From Bigelowiella natans CCMP2755 (lineage: Eukaryota; Protista; Cercozoa), in contig ADNK01001890.1 in NCBI GenBank assembly GCA_000320545.1, positions 73,800 to 137,799 of the forward strand: a DNA stretch of 64,000 bases, read 5' to 3'. This document shows, one piece after another, positions 27,248 to 41,342 of the stretch. A model generated the notes under the pieces. It was given only the letters and a program-made list of their open reading frames with translations, made no database searches and was not told where the DNA came from. The first letter of the stretch is position 1. Every line of letters starts with the position of its first letter. The position numbers were made by a program, and so were the translations under genes.

Positions 27248-28592
27248 TATCATTAAAATATTAGATGGAACAGCTTAAGGCAAACTTTGCAATAAGAGGC
27301 ACAGAAACCCCTCAAAAAGATCGCAAATCAGCTTCATCAACGTTATCAGCTTCTTCGAGGCGGCATCATCAACGTGTTGTGTCAAGAGGTGCTCTAGACA
27401 GCTCTCCTCCTCATCATCATCATCACGATGATGCTACTGCTACTACTAATACTACTACAGAGATTGCAAATACCAGCAGCAGCAGGAATGAGATGCAAGA
27501 GCTTCTCAGGATGAATGAGGAAATACGCAGAGTGGAAGAAGACCGCCAACGAGAGCAAGAAGAATATGAGAATCGTTTGACATTACTGACACAAACACAC
27601 GAAAACGAGATGAAGAAGCAGAGGGCATTGTTTCAACAGGAACTCGAAAGGCAAAAAGCAGAGGCAGCAACGACACAAAATCCTGACTTTAACTCTATTA
27701 CTCTTAGTTCTTTCAGTACACCAGCAGGAACCCAATTGAACACGCCACAAAGCTCTGCGCCTGGATCTCCTAGAAAGAGTAGTGGTGGTGGTGGTGGTGG
27801 TGGTGGTGGTGGTACTAGCAACGACGAGAATTCAAAGAAACTCAAGATGGCAGTTAAATATCTCAAGGCTCAGTACGCAAAACTTAAGCGAAAGTTCAAA
27901 GAATCTGAAATGAGACACAAGTTGGAAGAAAAGAAATTGCAAAATAAAGTCGGCAAGCTTGAGGTAATTTGATCACATTTCTCGAAATTCCAGTTGAGTG
28001 GCAATTAAATAATCTCTCCCTCCCTCTCCCTCTCCCTCTGTCTCTTGCTCTGTTACTAATCGTTCAGAACAACTACCCTCTTCCCAAAAATGCCGACATA
28101 TTGGAGCAGACTCTTGCGGCTACAAAACTTCGTCTCGCACAGATAGAATCTGAACGAGATGACTTAGAGGATCAGATCGCTGTTCTCAGAGAAGGTAACG
28201 AATCGCAGGAGTTGGCATTTCTACGTAAGGAAACAGATGAGTTAAGAGAGACACTTACCTCAATTAAAGTCGATAAGCAGACAATCGAAGTTAAACTCAA
28301 ATTAGAATTGGATAGATACAAAAACGTGGAGCATCAGCTAGCTGCCACAAACTTAGAGCTCGCAATGGCTAAATCCGAGAGAGACGATTTCCAAGACCAA
28401 ATTAAGGAATTAGAGGAAGAAATGAATGCACAGAGGTCACTGAATATCAACATGAAGGAAAAAATGCAGGAAATATCCCAGCAACTACGCTCTGAAAAAG
28501 AATTAAAAGTTAAGATACATCAACAAAATGCTCAAATAGAAAAACTCAAGGCATATCTGAAGAATCTAATGCGTCAGCAAATGAAGAAGTAG
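692..28592 (+). CDS. Giant multi-exon formin: very long coiled-coil N-terminus, FH1, FH2, coiled-coil tail; about 16 exons, about 8,500 aa
   Basis: Successive + strand ORFs join in frame through GT-AG introns (e.g. 1457-1516, 1564-1624, 6071-6348, 8965-9355, 16895-17028, 25517-25714, 26813-27011, 27102-27264, 27964-28067). Poly-proline FH1 lies near 24410-24585. FH2 motifs KMKKLHWNKI, LIDSKRDQNVKIAL and GNYMNSGSRLGKAYGFTLKTLELLSGLKSTDNK follow. The junction near 19.2-19.3 kb is uncertain, so a split into two genes is not excluded. Confidence 0.8.
6495..11673 (+). repeat. Direct duplication of 2,175 bp of coding sequence: 6495-8669 matches 9499-11673
   Basis: Constant 3004-bp offset. One difference seen (G8473 vs A11477, Asp vs Asn). 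The (GAT)n tract has the same length in both copies. Confidence 0.95.
8989..9033. repeat. (TTC)n microsatellite in a formin intron
   Basis: Seen directly; one example of dozens of intronic SSRs. Confidence 0.95.
24410..25990 (+). other. FH1 (poly-Pro) and FH2 actin-nucleating domains of the formin
   Basis: IPPPPP repeats are followed by the lasso (LHWNKI...VW), the conserved Ile (NVKIAL) and the GNYMN post motif with conserved Lys (LKSTD). The domain is interrupted by intron 25517-25714. Confidence 0.95.
25545..25624. repeat. Compound (CT)n(GT)n microsatellite in the FH2 intron
   Basis: Seen directly. Confidence 0.95.
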
Positions 28593-29294
28593 GATCATGC
28601 AAGCTAATGTTGAAAACGATAATTATAGATCAAAACAATGAATATTATGTCATTATGACAGACTATGAGATCATTTCGTACGCATGACAACGTCATACCT
28701 AGATGTGAGACATGCAGGGCTAGAGGGTGATTCACTTCTTTTTGAGCCTGATGATGCACGCATCAATCTAGCAATGAGCTGCGCGATTGCTTAATGCTAC
28801 TGCGAGCACAACACACAACGGCAATTTGCAAGATCTGAACGCGTGCTCAATTGCTACTATGAAGCCACAGCAATGCAATTTGACGCCCACAAGACAGTGT
28901 CGCTCTGCTCGTCTTGTGTTTTTTGTGCAGGCTAGCTTGGCAATCTCTGATCAAATGAAATGCCGAATTTGGTCACATTGCTACATCCTTGTGTCATGCT
29001 GCATTGTGCACACTTAGACAGCTCATGCACAACATGACGCTGACTAATCAAACAGCTAGCATGTTTTGCATGCGCATGCAATGTTCAACTACGTGTGAGC
29101 ATAGCGCTCATCAGCAGCTAGGTAGCTTTGATTCAGTTGCAAGCCAGCGCACTGCTGCTACTGCTACTGCGCTGCGTGTACCTGTGACCTCACTCGCTCA
29201 TGCTAGCGCTGTTGCATGATGCGATGCATTGCTACACATTAGATCAATTACACACGAAGATTGAACGATGTGATATTGAACGGTTAGCAACACA

Positions 29295-31034
29295 TCAATC
29301 AGTAGATGGAAGTTGCAAGTTTGCGTGCTTGTAAAGCTTACTCAGATAACTCCCATTTGTTCTTATCAACTGCCGTGGCGGCCCAAATTCAACAACACGC
29401 CCCTTGTCCAATACCTGTCGTTGTTTTCAGACTGAATATTAGAATCCAATCATCACATTATGAAATACTTTCGTTTCACTTACCGCAACACGATCAAATC
29501 GATGAATGTGCTGCAGACGATGACAGATCATTAATACCGTAAGATTTAGATCCAATATCTGCCAATTTATTTTCCGCACGATATAGTTTTCCTCAGAAAT
29601 GCAAATAAATATTTTGGTAGAATTTTATTCTACACGTAACGAATACAAAACCATTATCATGACGCATACTCATATTCCAACGCACACACGTGTCATCATA
29701 TAAGCACTCACACATTTGTTGAATATTCTTACCGCATCATGAATTTTTTCGTCGGTGTCGAGATCCACATGCGCTGTTGCCTCATCGCAAAGTAACACAC
29801 GAGTTTGATCTGCTGCAATTAACGCTCGTGCCAGGGCTATTAATTGTCTCTCCCCAGAGCTGAAGTTAGATCCTCCATCTTTAACTGTATGGATAGCAGC
29901 CAATGATTTTAATCTAAAATATTCGCTCGTGGCTCTGTTTATACTCATTTGTAGTAGTAGTAGTAGCAGTAGTAGTAGTAGTAGTGGTAGTATTTTGCCA
30001 ATAGTACCAGAAGTTATATAAGTTTCTATGCTCAAATACATCATGAATGTATGCACCCAAGAAGGCGTTGATTGCCTCTTGCTTTCTCGCTTGATATTGC
30101 GATGATATTTTGCAGATTAAATATCCTTAAATAGCATACTTTTTTGGTTTACTCTTGTGTGGAGATAGATGGTGTAAAACATTTTTCGATCATTAAGTTG
30201 AGGAAAGAGAAAAACCAACAGCTTCTTCTTACTACCTTCAAAATCAAGTTGTCCTGGAAGACTTCTTACTTTATCAGCAAGGCCTGCTTTCTCAAGAGCA
30301 TTCCAAATCGCAGCATCGTCATTGTTGTCAGATTTGTTGTAACTATAGCTGCTGGATGGTAAACTGCTACGAGATGATTCCTCCGTATCATCAACGAAAA
30401 CTCCTAACAAGTTTCTCCTCAAAGAAGCAGCTATAAGAACGGCATCCTATGATTAATATTCACACAAAATACAGATGTCATTTAGATACTACATACGAAG
30501 AAAGCAACCCATAAGGAAGGACGAACGAAGATGACACATCATGATGCTATAGCAGAAGCAACCTAGTAGCACTCTAAGAATAACGATGAAGTAGTAGTAG
30601 TAGTAGTAGTTGTTGTTGTTGTAGTATCGCATGATGGATGGATGGATGGATGGATAGATAGATGGATAGATGGATTGATGAATTCAACTACTACTACTTT
30701 TTATACTACTACTACTAATAATAATAATTATAATAATAATACTTCCACTTCCAGATCTTCACCACCCTGTTCTCTCTTCCAAATGTTGATAATAACCATG
30801 TTAGTTTTATATTATTATTATTACCTGATCAACAACCTGAACCATAGACCTGAGCTCATTTAAAGACAGTTGCCGTGTATCTTGGTTATCGATGTAGATA
30901 TTCCCCCTCGAGATTGGATAGAGACGAGCTAGCACTGAAAACAGAGTTGATTTTCCACAACCCGTCCTTCCACATACTGCCACTTTTTGATTCGGTAATA
31001 TGCTAAGAGCAATTCCTGTAGTAATGATAATAAA

Positions 31035-31071
<37 letters not shown>

Positions 31072-32695
31072 CGTTACTTCTTAACAATTCCATAAGCGGA
31101 TTGAAAGAAAGGCGAATGGACGACGTTTTTTCCTTTCTAATTGAAAATATTACTACTACTACTGCTGCTGCTACGTGCTGCTACGTGCTGCTATTGCTGC
31201 TGCTGATTTATGTCTACCCGACGTCATTTTCCACATATAGTGGTAGTAAATAGTAGTCATTACACATAAACTACGAAGAAGCAGCAGCAGCAAGTACATG
31301 TGGTACTATTACTAATAATAAGTTAATACCTTTAAGAACATACGGTTTATGCAAGCGATACCGCATGTATACATTTTTGAGGACTAGAGCTCCACCACCA
31401 CCATTACCACCACTATTATAATTTATATCAATAGTAGCATTATCTCCTCCTTCGTTCATCGTTGACTTGCTATCAAACCACTCTTTTGATTCTTCTTTCT
31501 TATCTCTACCCACAGCCGTTGTTACACCATATTCATGATGACGATTGATGTTGTCCTGAAATGATGATGATAACCAAATATCGAAGAAATGTGTAGATAG
31601 AACAGAAAGCTAAGGTTTTTGCTGCATGATATTCTACTTACTTACTTTATCTTTTGTGCTGCATACATACATACATACTTGCATGCATTCATTATTATTA
31701 CCCTATACCTACATACATAGCTCTGCCTACCTACCTGTGGTGGTGGTGGTGGTGCTGCTGCATCGTCAAAATCTGTGCGGATGAGACGAGTATACCTAAA
31801 TCGTCAATGGTTGGAGAAAAGCAAATAAATGTAAATTAACAGTGATATCTTCATTTAGATCTACATAACAAGCACTGCTATATGATGATTTTCCATGCAG
31901 GTACTACTACTTGGTAAGAATAATAGACGCTGATGACGAATAAACTACTAGTAGTAGTAGTGCTGCTACTTACTCCGCAACACGCTCCACAGATACAAAG
32001 TTTGTTTCAACGCTTGTTAGTCCTGTGAGATAATCCATCATTGACCGCTGAAGCTGTGCGGCATATAGTAAAACAAGGCCCATCTCCGCAGTGCTCATGG
32101 TACCGTTTGATATTAAGAAAACGCACGTTATTCCACAAGAAAGATACAGCAAACATCCAGCTTGTGTTGTCAGAGCTTGAGACCATTTCAAGACGGCATT
32201 ATTAGCATATTTCTTTCTTGCCATATCCTCAACAAGTAAAAGAGATTTATGCTCAAACAACAAGCCTGCATCATATGCGTGTACTGTTGGCCTACCAGCC
32301 ATTGTATCTGAAAAATGAGCGTAGCATGGGGAATGAGCCATTGCAGCAAGTCTCCTAGCATCTCGAGCAGCTGTCCTTACTTTTGTGAATATTTTATAGT
32401 AGATTGGGGTGATAATCAGAAGAGCTCCCACAGAATACGGAGCATAAATCATCACTAACGAAAGCATTGAAACGAGTGATAGAGTCTTGGTAAGTTGCTG
32501 CAAGATTGCACTCGGAACGAAGCTATCAATAGATTGTAAATCTTGTAGAAAACGATTCAGTATGCGTCCAGAAGGAGTAGCATCAAAGAAGGGCATATCT
32601 GCAGACAGCAGTCCTGTAATCATTAGTCCATGGAGAATTCGAGACGCTACAAGTGAGCAAATTGTGAGGAGAACCGTGGAGAGAGCAACCACCTA

Positions 32696-32730
<35 letters not shown>

Positions 32731-35050
32731 TAGGTAGATCATTAGTACCATCACAACAACAACAACAACAAAGAAAAGAAGAATTGAATATATTCAGTAA
32801 TAGTAGAGTAGTCGTTTCAGCAGGAACAAGATTTTGAGGAGGAGGCATCAACGGTTAGTGTTGTGTATTATCATCGTCATCATTATTATCATGATTATCA
32901 TGATTATCATATGTTACTCTTAACTTACCACTGCATTTGCAGCACCAATACTTCCATATATTACGAGATCGATTTCTCCTTGTTTGCCTCCTTGTCTACA
33001 TTTGCAGTAGAAGTAGAAGTAGTTGTATAAATATGTATATATATATATATATATATATTTATATCGTTATTTAAAATTGCCTGTCCCATCATCATCATCC
33101 CATCCCCCTCCCCTTTGTATCCCATTCCCTCCCCTTGTTATCAAACATAATAGATAAACGTCCAAAATAATGTTACGGAGGAGTGAGTAAGAATACTACA
33201 AGATTTTTGAGGTGACTCTGCCTTCGTTTCTTCTTCTTATTATTATTAATATTATTATTGTTATTATTATTATGCCTCTCTTCGTTGATTTATTCGTTCA
33301 TTCTTCTACTGCTACTATCTTATCTTTTCTTATCTTCTTACCCCCTCCCTGCCCATATTGATAGCCAAACATTTGAAAGAATTCCAAGGATCGCTCCGAC
33401 AACAACGAGGATGATGAGGACAGTTACGGTAGTGTACGTTCCAAAGGCATTAAGATACACTTTGAAGTCAGTCCATGCAATAAGGCCATGTGCACGATTT
33501 TCTGAGCTGGAAGATGAAGAACCTGCCACTTCTGATGTTATTTGCTCAATACATCGTTGATCTAATGTACGTCCTTCATATTTACGAATCTTACGTTTGA
33601 GATGTGCAATACATTCTCCAAGAGAAACCTCCACTTTGTCTAAATCATCTTCTTCCTTCTCTTCTTCTTCTTCTTCTTCTTTCGAGTGGTAATTCTTCCT
33701 CCCATTTCCCCTTATGATTCTGGTAGTAGTGCTAGTAGAAGTAGTAGTAGTAGTTCTGCTATTCTTCTTTTCCTCACCATCAAACACCACGTTTCTTGGC
33801 CGCCCTTCTAGCATATTGCCATCATCATCATTCTTATTATCATCACCACTATCCTTGTTATTTGTTTTCTCCCCCTCTTCTTCTTCTTCCTTTTCTTCTT
33901 TTTTCTCCTCCACAACGACATACTTGAGCAAGCTCTGACCAGCCTTGGCTAATATCTTTGACCATGGGCCGTTGAGGTAAATGCGTTCATCTTTCAATAC
34001 AATTACACGCGTAACTTGTGGACGGGTGATATATTGAAGCTGATGTGTGGCGAGGATGATTGTTTTGTTTTGTTTGGGATCTATGAGATATCTTATACAC
34101 CGATCCCATATCAAAGTGCCTGTATGGGCATCAACAGCTGAAAGCACATCGTCGAGAAAGTAGTTATCAGCATCAGCATATATAGCTCTTGCTAAAGCAA
34201 TTCTTGCTTTTTGGCCCCCAGACATCTGCACACCTGACTCTCCCACAGATGTTTGATCTTTTTGTTGTAACATCTCCAAATCGCTTTCTAGAGCAGAGGC
34301 ATGAATGGCAAAATCATATCTTTTCTTGTCCATTTTTCTTCCAAACAGGATATTAGTCTCGATAGTAGCGTTGAGAAGAAAAGGCTTTTGGCCAACATAA
34401 GCTCTTGAACCTTTTACGAAGACTTCCCCCCCTAAAGGCCTAATTGCGTGTGCCATAGTTTTAAGGAGAGTGCTCTTTCCAGAACCAACACCGCCTGATA
34501 TAACTACCAACTCTCCACAACGAATAGAGGCTGAGACCTTCGATAGTACAATATGTTGTTGTTGTTGTTGATGATGATGATGATGATGGTTCTTCTTCTC
34601 CTCCATCTCCTTCTTCTTCTTCTTCTTTAACAGGTACCCCAATAACCCTCCTTCCATTCTAATGGCGATCATGCTGTTGCGATTATTATGAGAATTAACT
34701 GCTGGAGTCGTTGTTGTTGTTGTTGTTGTTGGTCCAAATCTTTTTCCTCGTTCTTGGCTTGTTGACGAGTGCTTTGCGTCACTACTACTGATTGCTTCAC
34801 CATCATCACCATTACTACTTCTTATGATACTGCTACTATGATGATGATGATGATGAGCAGATTGCAAAAAGGCTAATGATTCTTCTTGATCATCATCATC
34901 CTTGGTGGTGGAAGATGATGATAACATAGTAGCCTCCATCTTCTTCTTCTTCTTCTCATCATCAAGGATGCAAGTATTCCCGACACCATCATGTTGTCCT
35001 CCTCCTCCTCCTCCTCCTCCTCCTCCTCCTCCTCCTCCTCTTCCCCCTCC

Positions 35051-35083
<33 letters not shown>

Positions 35084-35196
35084 CGGTAGTAGTAATAGCA
35101 GTAACAAGTATCAGTACCGTGCCGAGCTTGATTCATCCGTTCATTCATAGGGTTAGGCGTACATGTATGCATGCATTCATCTTCCTTTCTACTTTC

Positions 35197-35227
<31 letters not shown>

Positions 35228-35517
35228 CTTCTTCTTCTTCTTTGTGACCACCTTCTGCTACTCTCCATATTGCCGACTTGTGAAGAAATGTGGAAAGTCG
35301 GTTGCAAGAAGGAGTTAGCTGTGCATAGAGATTGAACATTCCGGGAAGTGTGTTGATGGACCATTGCATTTGATTTATCCAAGCTAATACCGTGAAAGCC
35401 ACTGGCAAGAAGAAGAAGAAGAAGAAGAAGAAGAACAAGGAGAAGAAGAAGAAGAACATATAATAATAATGATAAGACACACAGACATAATACTAGTATT
35501 ACTAAATTGATCATATT

Positions 35518-35566
<49 letters not shown>

Positions 35567-36113
35567 TGCCTCCCTTACTATCATAAATCAGCATCATAAA
35601 GAAGAAAGTAGTAGTAGTAGAAGAACAGTGGAAAGAATTGCTCGTCGTCATGCTTAATGCCGATGATACATGGCAACGAATTGCAACTACTACTACTACC
35701 ACTAGTACCTGTTGGATCAAGAGTCTTTTGTTCATAAACAGTGTACCATGTGAATATAGATACTGGAACAGCTAAAGATGCTACAGTCCCAGAGAATTGA
35801 TTGAAAGCTGACCAGTAGTTTGCACTCTTCAGATTAGACAATTCTTCCTCTCGGGCCTAAATAATAATCAAGATAATGATAATAATAATAATATTATCAT
35901 TAATAATTAAGAAACTGTTAATGCTGATACTACTTATACAACTACTAGAACCACTACTACACAAGAAGGAAAAGAACAATGGCAGCAGCAGTAGGAGGAG
36001 GAGGAAGAGTAGAGGTGGAGGAGGAGGACTGCGCGTGCCTTCGTTGTTTGCGCATCATCGTCATCGTCATCATCATCATCATCATCATCATTATCATATG
36101 TATACAACTGAAC

Positions 36114-36151
<38 letters not shown>

Positions 36152-36987
36152 TTCGTTAGGTTGTTCTTTGCAGTCGTGCTACTTCTACTATTCTTATCCT
36201 TCCTTTTCTGTGTTCTCGTCATTATTATTCATTATTACTTCTACTATTCTTCTTCTTCTTCTGTACTGTCATTTTTGTTTATTATTACTTATACTATTTA
36301 CTTAATACTACCCTTTCAACCCTCATCCTCCATAAAGGCTCGCACATCTGCAGCTTTATTGCTTTGATTGTTTTTATCAAACCATTCATCACACGAGATC
36401 TCTGATCCCGTGATACTTGCACTCTAGTGTACACTGGAATTATCTTCTTATAAACGTACCTACCGATCATAAAACATATTTACGATGATGATGACGATGA
36501 TAAAAAAAGGAGAAGAAGAAGGCTGCTTTAATAGTATTGTTTTCTACTTAATAACAATTAGTGTGGCAATAATGATGATGTAGAAAAAGATGATGATGAT
36601 GATGGCGATGAATGCATAAATGAGCTACTATGTAGGGGGCAGACAATAATAATTAGACAAATTCTCTCCTCACCATGCAGCATTATCATATTATGGCCAT
36701 TATTATTATTATTACATATTCAGAGCTGTGCCAAAGAGGATCATTGAAACTCCAATAAATGCAGCATTCCCAACGAGCTCATAAACAAAATATAAGCATG
36801 CAGGTAAGGAGCATACAGCCCATGTCCATTGCGCCAGGAAAAATACAACCCACTCCGACTTGGCAAATTCATCAGCGTCTGTTGCGACGAGGTTAGTAAC
36901 TTTGCCTGTATCATAGCCTTCGATGGCTGCTTCTGCAGGCATATACAGTGCACTACGATATACAGCTTGTACCTGATTAGTAGTAGT

Positions 36988-37018
<31 letters not shown>

Positions 37019-37688
37019 CCATCACCCATAACGGAGGAAGAAGAAGAAGGAGAAGAAGAATAATTATCATTACCAGGGCTGATCTTGCATTAGACATTGT
37101 CCTTGTTGAGGCGAAATAGCATAATTCCATACAACCCACACGAAGCCACATAGAAAGTGACAGGGCCAATATCAACCCAAAATGATACCGCATGTCGGAT
37201 TCTCCACTGGTATCTGATGAGCTTTCCAACAACTTCCTGTAGTGGTGGTGGTGGGTTATTGTTCACGTTGATGATGATGATGATGATGATGATAATATGA
37301 TAGTTGTTGTAACACACCACGTAGTATAATAATAATGATAATTAGATCATGATCGATAATGATATGTGCCATCATTATGTAGTAGTAGCAGTAGCAGTAG
37401 TAGTAATAGTAGCAATAGTAGGGACCAATAATAGGAATACAAAGGAAGAGAAAATCAATCACATAAAGTTAGTCTTTTTACTACTACTACCTACCACCTT
37501 AAGATAATTGGATCAATAAACATGCATGCAAGGAAGATCCATCCATTTATCAACGACGTAAAGAATGTCCAGGGCTGAATTCTGCACAGTACTGTTGCAA
37601 ACATTGCTACCCTACAAGGAGGGAGGGGGGGGGGTGGTGACGGACGGCAGCAGAAACAAACAACACAGACAACACAGAGAGAACACAG

Positions 37689-37724
<36 letters not shown>

Positions 37725-38133
37725 ATACAGGCAGTAGTGGCCAGTGTTGTTGGTTGCTGGTATTTATTATTACTACCCAGACAGAGCATTTTTGCCTTTG
37801 GAATATCTTTCCCTAAAGACTTTTGTTAAAGCACTGTATAGCTTCTTAGGAGAGTCGTATCGAGGCAGCAATGGTATGTCATCTTCTTCCATGCGTCCCT
37901 GAATAACATAAATAAATAAATGAATGAATGAATAATTTACCACGTATCATAATGTGATAATATGAATGATTCATCTGATCAATTTGCCTGATCAAACAGT
38001 AGCATCAATCATCATCTTTGTTATGATTCTTGTAATTGCCATATAATACAATGATGATCATCACAACTTTGATATAAACCTTCTCATTAGAAGCTGTGAG
38101 AACAGGAGTAACCCACCAGAATGTAAATCTAAC

Positions 38134-38168
<35 letters not shown>

Positions 38169-38508
38169 GCTGACTATAATTCATTCATCCATTCCTTTCC
38201 TGATTACTACTAGAATCACAGGAACTCACCTTTGAGCAGAAGCAGCATTATTATTTTTTAATATATTATTATATGATTATCCTTACCGTGAAAAAATGTT
38301 TGCTCTATCCTCACTCACAATCTGCTGCTCCGTAGATTCTTGCCGTCCATCATTATCTTCCGAGTAGAAGATACGAATTGAGAGGAAATATATATCAGAG
38401 CATAATTTACATGCTGATAACACAATTCCAGCAATGGTGATTATTCCCAACGGAGGAAGAGTTGTTTCGTTATTATGATGCATTCGACCATATACCTGAC
38501 ACGCAAAA

Positions 38509-38546
<38 letters not shown>

Positions 38547-38655
38547 ACAACAATAAAACAATAATCATTATGCAGCAGCAGCATTATGAATTGATCTGGA
38601 AAATAAAGAGGACTTGATCATTGATTAGATGATATATCTTATGTTACACTGCTAT

Positions 38656-38690
<35 letters not shown>

Positions 38691-39665
38691 ACCCCGAGGA
38701 GTGTCGCGACTCTGAAAGGTCCAAGAAATGTGGCAACAAGAATATGAATAATTGACATTGTCACTCTCGATGAAGGTTGGGTACTACGAGCCGATGATAC
38801 GTGACAGGAATGAAGAAATAATAACTCAATCTTGTCAATAGTAAGTGGAACTTGCTCTTCTTCGTCGTTGTCGTAGTTGCAGCTGCCATCATTCCCGTTA
38901 GTCTTATCGTCAAGATGATGTTCCGATGTTGTTTTCCCAGATGATTGTGGTACCGAAGAAGGCCAACAAATCAGATAAATTGATCCAACCAGAATGATGG
39001 CCCACAAGATGATGCAAGATGTTGCAAAAGCCTGATATCAAAAGAACAACAAACAAACACACGCCTCCTGTTCGTATGATGCACATAATAATCTTCTATA
39101 TCATCCCTTTTTATTGTTTTTCATCATCCATCATCAAAAGTAGTACAAATAGTAGTACTACCCACGACGGTTTTAAAGCAACGATTGTAGTTCTTAGAAT
39201 ATACTCTGGCTTGAGTCTCCCCACCTGATTGATATCGCCCACATAAAAACAACAACAATAACAACATATTGAACGATACTACTACAAAGGATAATGATTA
39301 TGATTCAGTCGTAACCCCATGGTGGTATTAGTATATATTTCAAGCACGAACATACAGCAGTAACATGAATGGATAATAACAAAGGAGGAGAAGGAGGAGG
39401 TGGGCTGCTCTACTACCATCATTATCGTCTGTGCTGAGTCAGATAGCAACGTTGCTTTTGAGAGAAATGTTGTTATCATGAGAAACAATATATCTGCGGA
39501 AAACTTCCAACAATATTTCCGTGACGACGATATATTTGGCAGTTGAGGTGCTGCCTGTTGCTGTACTGCAGATTTTGCTGCAAGGCCAAAGTAGCAATTT
39601 GCTGTTGAAAGAACTTCAACAATCACGGATATTGCCACGAAAGCTATAAGAGTTGCAACCTGACG

Positions 39666-39761
<96 letters not shown>

Positions 39762-40363
39762 CTAATACATGAGGTTGCAGTGTGCTTCTTTTCATCTATT
39801 TTTTTGTATGTTGTATTCAGTTGCTAGTTGATAATAACCAATATCCATCCTGAGACTTCCGCTAAACTCATCGCAATAACGATACTTAACCCTGAATCCA
39901 TCATCCATTGATAAAGAATACATTGTAAGATTTCTAAATGAATAAGCTCCTTCCTCTCGCGAGAAAAAGTAATATTACATAAGAATTGCTTCTTTTATTC
40001 ACGATTACCTATAGAGCTTGCGACTGGAGCTAGGATAAGGGTTGAAGTAATCGATAAATCTTCCCAATTCCCTAACATAATCTCATCTTGATTGTACTCG
40101 TCGTCCATCTCTATTATCCGATGGTATTTGGCAGCAGTATCTAGCACATCATCATCGTATTTCTCATTTAGTTGGTGGGGCCATCCCTCCTCGCGATTTT
40201 GAGCTGCTGCCCATTTGAATAGTTTTGAACGTAGAAGAAGAGATATGCACACAGCACTTAGAACGCTGGCAAGTGCAAGTCCGGTCAAAATTAGAGAAGT
40301 TGTTTCTGTTGGAAGCTTGGGACACTCAATGCCATCATCTACTACTACTGTGTCCATGGCCAT
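29295..40363 (-). CDS. ABC transporter of subfamily C (MRP-like), multi-exon, full-length TMD-NBD-TMD-NBD with probable N-terminal extra TM region
   Basis: NBD1: GGVGSGKSTLL, MSGGQKARIALARAIY, FLDDVLSAVDAH. TMD2: FFDATPSGRILNRF, TNFVSVERVAE. NBD2: VCGRTGCGKST, NFSSGERQLIALARAL, DEATAHVD. The last exon VLDKGRVVEFGPP ends in TGA at 29295-29297. The start is uncertain. Confidence 0.9.
39668..39759. repeat. Compound (AT)n(GT)n microsatellite in an ABCC intron
   Basis: Seen directly. Confidence 0.95.
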
Positions 40364-40491
40364 AGAAGCACACCTGATGCAAACACATATAACATTACGA
40401 ACAAAAGATACAAAAATGAAAAGGCAAGTAAACAGACAGACAGAAACGTAAAAAGCAACATGCGTTCTTGAAACACTGGTTTCTGGATACG

Positions 40492-40902
40492 CTAGTATAC
40501 GCTAGTATACTGCTTGCTTTTCGAGGTGACAAACCTAGAGGCTAATTTTTTCATACGAGGTCCCATCCACAAATCCCACGCTGAAAAGTACAGCATTGTT
40601 CCCACTGCTCCAAGAAGGAAAGCGAACATAGTTCCACTGCCAAATTTGATGATGTTGCTTTCCTTCTCTTGTTGACGGTGATTGCGGTTGCCATTATTTT
40701 CTTCATCAGAAAGTAAGGGCGTTCCGTGAGAGTGCACTAGGATCTTAGTATCAGATCCAGCCTGAATGCTGTGCATGCGGGGGGAGAAAGTATTATCCGC
40801 AACAAGATCGAGGGGCCAGGAGCCAGGAGCACGTCCAGGACAGTGACTCACACTACGATAACCATCGTAATACCGGTACTCTAGGTACCACCAGTGCTCC
40901 AT
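40492..40902 (-). CDS. Hypothetical 136-aa protein with one C-terminal TM helix; may instead be an upstream exon of the ABCC gene
   Basis: ATG-initiated ORF with hydrophobic segment GTMFAFLLGAVGTMLYFSAW followed by basic residues. No family recognised. Confidence 0.35.
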   Translation of the reverse strand: MEHWWYLEYRYYDGYRSVSHCPGRAPGSWPLDLVADNTFSPRMHSIQAGSDTKILVHSHGTPLLSDEENNGNRNHRQQEKESNIIKFGSGTMFAFLLGAVGTMLYFSAWDLWMGPRMKKLASRFVTSKSKQYTSVY

Positions 40903-41293
40903 CTTGTCTCATCCTACAAATCCAGGAGATTTAGTAGAATTTCTATAAAATAATACTAATAACTGGTCTCATCCTGCAGATCCAGGAGATTTGTACTCGT
41001 AGCAAGAAATAAATACACATAAAAACTCCTGAAAACATCAGTAGATCTAGACTACAACTTCAACCGTTCTTCAACTCTAACCGCCAATAATGATAGAGTG
41101 GCATTGGCTGATTTTGGGAAGTTAATCCTAATATAAATTACATACAGAAATAATAGCCTGCATTTTTCCTGAGTAGGTACCTATTTTAGGCGGCAAGGCG
41201 TTACGATGGAGAAAGAGAGAAGAAAGAGAGAAGAAAGAGTGACTAGAGAGAGTAAGAGAGAGTAAGAGAGAGCAATGTAGATAGGAACAGATA

Positions 41294-41342
<49 letters not shown>

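Noticed and set aside
889-27866. Many minus-strand ORFs (S/F/L-rich) over the formin
   Set aside because: Antisense shadows of E/K/Q-rich coiled-coil codons, with no independent coding signal.
34902-37816. ORFs made of poly-L, poly-I, poly-Y, poly-H or CV/HT repeats
   Set aside because: Translations of intronic microsatellites.
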